A DNA stretch of 2,197 bases from Escherichia coli. Lineage in GTDB: Bacteria; Pseudomonadota; Gammaproteobacteria; Enterobacterales; Enterobacteriaceae. Below the pieces are notes generated by a model. The model saw only the letters and a list, made by a program, of their open reading frames with translations. It was not told where the DNA came from and did no database searches. Shown here in pieces: positions 1-2,197 of the stretch. Within the stretch, counting starts at the first letter, position 1. Every line of letters starts with the position of its first letter. The translations under genes and the position numbers were made by a program. The stretch lies in assembly GCF_003334255.1 (NCBI RefSeq), contig NZ_QOWU01000140.1; one strand, given 5' to 3'.

Positions 1-22
1 AGCTGATAGAAACAGAAGCCAC
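1..22 (-). CDS. insA: IS1 InsA, 5' end only (partial; CDS continues beyond window start)
   Basis: On the - strand, GTG at 22-20 followed by GCT TCT GTT TCT ATC AGC reads (M)ASVSIS, the InsA N-terminus, at the expected distance from the IRL. Confidence 0.6.
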
Positions 23-54
23 TGGAGCACCTCAAAAACACCATCATACACTAA

Positions 55-77
55 ATCAGTAAGTTGGCAGCATCACC
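55..77 (-). repeat. IS1 terminal inverted repeat (IRL, insA-proximal), 23 bp
   Basis: ATCAGTAAGTTGGCAGCATCACC at 55-77 is the reverse complement of the IS1 IRL GGTGATGCTGCCAACTTACTGAT. Confidence 0.85.
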
Positions 78-282
78 TCATGGTGATGGTAATAAAGAGC
101 ACTTTTTTACGCCCTATTCTGTCGCCCATTTTGCCGAAAATAAATGCTCCGACAATACGCGCCACATAACCTGCACCGTAGGTTCCCATTGCCAGAATTA
201 ACGCCATTGCCGTTGATGATTCAGGAAAAAATATTTCATGAAACACTAACGCTGCGCCGAGCGAATATAACTGGAAATCCAT
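73..282 (-). pseudogene. MFS transporter (metabolite:H+ symporter-like, ProP/ShiA/KgtP type) 5' fragment, truncated by IS1
   Basis: The 69-aa ORF contains the TM1 motif DFxLYS..AALVF..FFP and MFS signature G-x-x-x-D-R-x-G-R-K-K (FGKMGDRIGRKKVL) with the spacing seen in ProP/ShiA/KgtP. Native sequence stops at position 78; the last Arg codon spans the IS1 junction and the TGA stop (75-73) lies inside IS1. A protein of roughly 400+ aa is expected, so more than 80 percent is missing. Confidence 0.75.
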
Positions 283-697
283 AATTCACAGGTGTTTTTT
301 CCCATCCTGTGGTTTCCTTGGCGTTTTCTAGGTTTTTTCAGATAGTTGCATTTTTTTAAAAAGCATCCTAAGTTCGATCTCAGTGTCTATCTGGGGCCTA
401 TTTCTGTCCCATATATGCCCCAAAAAAACTCCCCAACAGATAAGTAGTTTTTTCATGGATTTATGCGTAAAATCAAGAACGGCTGGAAATCATTCAATAC
501 TCACACTATCGAAAAATTTACCAGCCAATCGCAGCACGTTCTTGCATAAGGTGTGTCTGCGGTTTTTCAACTATTCAGATACATCACTCCCATCACATTC
601 ATTCCTCCGCATCAAAGGCATATAGGCTATATCACCTTGATATTTTTCTTTTTCAGATAAAAACTGTTATCTATGTATACTTTTAAACCCAATCCGT

Positions 698-710
698 GTA
701 GAGTCTCTAC
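698..710. repeat. perfect 13-bp palindrome GTAGAG-T-CTCTAC; candidate protein-binding or recombination site
   Basis: GTAGAGTCTCTAC is exactly self-complementary about the central T. It shares a 12/13 core (CGTnTAGAGTCTC, 695-707) with the site at 1603-1615 and 17/21 matches over 687-707 versus 1595-1615. Confidence 0.4.
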
Positions 711-1055
711 ATAAGATAGTTTGCAGTTGCCGCTTCAGCTTGCGCCATAAACCGCCTGATTTTTGCTGCCACCTGTTAGCATTCCTGTATACCTGAAACG
801 ACAATGTTTATCTACGAACTTTAAGAACACCCAAGATAAAAATTGTCAACTATATCATATATAACACATTACTAATTCGAGGCTATATGAACAGCATACT
901 GATAATCACATCTCTCCTTATCATATTCAGCATTTTTAGTCATGCCCTAATAAAATTAGGGATTGGCATATCCAATAACCCAGACAAAACCGATGTATAA
1001 GTCAACATATCCTGAATCAGACATACAATATCGCAATGAAAATCAATAATATTTT

Positions 1056-1060
1056 AAGGA
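1056..1060 (+). promoter_or_regulatory. Shine-Dalgarno (AAGGA) for small ORF start at 1069
   Basis: AAGGA at 1056-1060, then an 8-nt spacer (atatcttc) before ATG 1069-1071. Confidence 0.4.
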
Positions 1061-1068
1061 ATATCTTC

Positions 1069-1302
1069 ATGAAATCAAAAGACACCCTAAAGTGGTTCCC
1101 TGCGCAGCTTCCTGAAGTAAGAATTATCCTAGGGGATGCTGTAGTGGAAGTAGCAAAACAGGGAAGACCTATCAATACCAGAACATTGCTTGATTACATT
1201 GAAGGAAACATAAAGAAAAAATCATGGCTGGATAACAAAGAATTATTACAAACAGCGATATCAGTTCTTAAAGACAACCAAAATTTAAATGGTAAAATGT
1301 AA
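1069..1302 (+). CDS. hypothetical small protein (77 aa from ATG 1069; 88 aa if upstream ATG 1036 is used)
   Basis: Open frame of 267 nt in AT-rich DNA where stops are frequent. ATG 1069 has an AAGGA Shine-Dalgarno 8 nt upstream; ATG 1036 has none. The translation has protein-like composition and is not low-complexity. No family recognised by eye. Confidence 0.45.
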   Translation: MKSKDTLKWFPAQLPEVRIILGDAVVEVAKQGRPINTRTLLDYIEGNIKKKSWLDNKELLQTAISVLKDNQNLNGKM

Positions 1303-1475
1303 TATAATAAACTTACTTTTTTATCATTTTTCCACTTTAACAACATTTTGCTCCACTTTTCCACGACCAAACAACTTGAAATCTGGTTAAAATAACACGC
1401 AACACTATTCTTCTTCCTTGAGTCCGCCCGGAACTCGAAAAACAAACCGAGTTAAAGCCATTTTTCACAAAATCG

Positions 1476-1495
1476 ATTTTGGGTCTCACCAAAAT
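1476..1495. repeat. inverted repeat ATTTTGG-gtctca-CCAAAAT
   Basis: Seven-bp perfect arms (1476-1482 and 1489-1495) around a 6-nt spacer GTCTCA, the same hexamer present in the 1603-1617 site. Confidence 0.3.
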
Positions 1496-1602
1496 TACGG
1501 GGTTGCATACGCATTCGTTTATTTTCGAACGTGTACATACAAATATGCACAAAAATAATCATAATTATTTTCTGAGATGCATTATGATATGAACACCAAT
1601 TT

Positions 1603-1617
1603 CGTATAGAGTCTCAC
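1603..1617. repeat. degenerate copy of the 698-710 site, overlapping the recombinase RBS and start codon
   Basis: CGTATAGAGTCTCAC, same orientation as the 695-707 core (offset 908 bp). It has an inner GAG-T-CTC palindrome and ends 1 nt before ATG 1619. GTCTCA recurs at 1621-1626 and 1483-1488. Confidence 0.4.
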
Positions 1618-1618
1618 T

Positions 1619-2125
1619 ATGTCTCAAATTTTTGCTTACTGTCGGATATCAACGCTGGATCAGACCACCGAAAATCAACGCCGGGAAATCGAAAGTGCAG
1701 GTTTTAAAATCAAACCTCAGCAAATAATCGAAGAACACATTAGCGGCTCAGCAGCAACCAGTGAGCGTCCTGGTTTTAACCGGTTGCTTGCTCGCCTGAA
1801 ATGTGGTGATCAATTGATTGTGACAAAACTGGATCGCCTTGGTTGTAATGCAATGGATATCAGGAAAACAGTGGAACAACTGACCGAAACAGGTATCAGA
1901 GTGCATTGCTTAGCATTGGGGGGCATTGACCTGACCAGTCCAACAGGAAAAATGATGATGCAAGTAATTTCAGCAGTCGCTGAATTTGAACGAGACCTTT
2001 TACTTGAACGCACTCATTCCGGGATAGTAAGAGCCCGCGGCGCAGGGAAACGTTTTGGTCGACCACCTGTGTTAAATGAAGAACAGAAACAGGCGGTATT
2101 CGAACGAATTAAGTCAGGTGGGTAA
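1619..2125 (+). CDS. small serine recombinase (resolvase/invertase family), C-terminus truncated by IS1; probably inactive
   Basis: 168-aa ORF. The N-terminus YCRISTLDQ matches the serine-recombinase catalytic motif (Y-x-R-x-S-T, Ser11 as nucleophile). KLDRLG and the [15 protein letters not shown]-helix align by eye with Tn3/gamma-delta resolvase, followed by a GRPP arm. The native sequence ends at 2120, after only the first helix of the C-terminal DNA-binding domain; the last Gly codon spans the IS1 junction and the TAA stop (2123-2125) is inside the IS1 IRR. Confidence 0.85.
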   Translation: MSQIFAYCRISTLDQTTENQRREIESAGFKIKPQQIIEEHISGSAATSERPGFNRLLARLKCGDQLIVTKLDRLGCNAMDIRKTVEQLTETGIRVHCLALGGIDLTSPTGKMMMQVISAVAEFERDLLLERTHSGIVRARGAGKRFGRPPVLNEEQKQAVFERIKSGG

Positions 2126-2143
2126 TGACTCCAACTTATTGAT
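2121..2143 (-). repeat. IS1 terminal inverted repeat (IRR), 23 bp
   Basis: GGTAATGACTCCAACTTATTGAT at 2121-2143 is the reverse complement of the IS1 IRR ATCAATAAGTTGGAGTCATTACC. Confidence 0.85.
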
Positions 2144-2197
2144 AGTGTTTTATGTTCAGATAATGCCCGATGACTTTGTCATGCAGCTCCACCGATT
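2136..2197 (-). CDS. insB: IS1 InsB (transposase) 3' end, partial; CDS continues beyond window end
   Basis: The - strand of 2136-2197 translates to ...SVELHDKVIGHYLNIKHYQ followed by TAA, the InsB C-terminus. Confidence 0.6.
   Translation of the reverse strand, partial: SVELHDKVIGHYLNIKHYQ

Larger units (their letters stand above)
1..77 (-). mobile_element. IS1 insertion sequence, partial (left-end 77 bp; rest of element lies upstream of the window)
   Basis: Positions 1-77 are the reverse complement of the IS1 left end as recalled (GGTGATGCTGCCAACTTACTGATTTAGTGTATGATGGTG...CCAGTGGCTTCTGTTTCTATCAGCT). The element ends at position 77 (...GCATCACC). Confidence 0.9.
2121..2197 (-). mobile_element. 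IS1 insertion sequence, partial (right-end 77 bp; rest of element lies downstream of the window)
   Basis: Positions 2121-2197 are the reverse complement of the IS1 right end as recalled (...AATCGGTGGAGCTGCATGACAAAGTCATCGGGCATTATCTGAACATAAAACACTATCAATAAGTTGGAGTCATTACC). Same orientation as the copy at 1-77. Confidence 0.9.

Noticed and set aside
78-93. GGTGATGGTAAT just outside the IS1 end, resembling IS1 terminal sequences and forming an inverted repeat with the IS1 tip CATCACC
   Set aside because: It is simply the coding sequence for ...ITIT... of the MFS fragment (ATC ACC ATC ACC on the - strand); only 7 bp match the IS1 end, so it is a coincidence or at most a target preference, not a third IS1 end.
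328-456. 42-aa - strand ORF (MKKLLICWGVFLGHIW...) found by manual translation
   Set aside because: No Shine-Dalgarno, short, sits in the MFS upstream region; insufficient evidence for a real small membrane peptide.
383-625. 80-aa + strand ORF (MSIWGLFLSHICPKK...)
   Set aside because: Low-complexity Ser/Leu/Phe-rich translation with no Shine-Dalgarno and no recognisable motif; looks like a chance ORF.
1303-1345. Possible rho-independent terminator after the small ORF
   Set aside because: There are T-runs but no preceding GC-rich stem-loop, so a terminator cannot be supported.
1419-1450. GC-rich patch and hairpin AACTCG-N10-CGAGTT in otherwise AT-rich DNA
   Set aside because: Six-bp stem with no following T-run on either strand; too weak to call a terminator or structured RNA.
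1194-1552. Two overlapping - strand ORFs (1194-1445, 83 aa; 1337-1552, 71 aa)
   Set aside because: Translations are Phe/Lys/Asn/Cys-rich and junk-like, they overlap the better-supported + strand small ORF and the repeat-rich intergenic region, and they have no ribosome-binding site.
1810-2013. 67-aa - strand ORF antisense to the recombinase
   Set aside because: Lies entirely inside the well-supported recombinase CDS on the opposite strand; typical antisense shadow ORF.
1619-2125. Assignment as a Hin/Gin/Pin-type DNA invertase with flanking inverted hix-like sites
   Set aside because: The N-terminus and motifs do not match the Hin/Gin/Pin N-terminus (MLIGYVRVST...) as I recall it, and the only related site pair found is in direct, not inverted, orientation. 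Kept as a generic small serine recombinase.

Overview
The window is a ~2.04-kb AT-rich segment (78-2120) bracketed by two IS1 ends in the same orientation (1-77 and 2121-2197, both antisense to the + strand), and both genes next to the IS1 ends are cut off exactly at the IS1 termini. Between them, left to right: (i) a 5' fragment of an MFS transporter gene on the - strand (73-282), best treated as a pseudogene; (ii) about 785 bp of AT-rich DNA with no convincing gene; (iii) a small orphan ORF on the + strand (most likely 1069-1302, 77 aa, preceded by an AAGGA ribosome-binding site), function unknown; (iv) about 315 bp of non-coding DNA with several repeats and palindromes; (v) a small serine recombinase gene of the resolvase/invertase family (1619-2125, +) whose C-terminal DNA-binding domain is cut off by IS1 and which has Cys where the conserved catalytic Arg of Tn3/gamma-delta resolvase (R71) should be. 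The most interesting signal is a pair of related near-palindromic sites (core CGT-N-TAGAGTCTC) about 908 bp apart in direct orientation: one is a perfect 13-bp palindrome at 698-710, the other overlaps the recombinase ribosome-binding site and start codon, and together they flank the small ORF. This could be a relic of a recombinase-controlled cassette or operator system, now probably inactive, but the statistical support is modest. All identifications are from reading the sequence and from remembered IS1 and resolvase sequences; no database search was run. No tRNA, rRNA or CRISPR array was seen.
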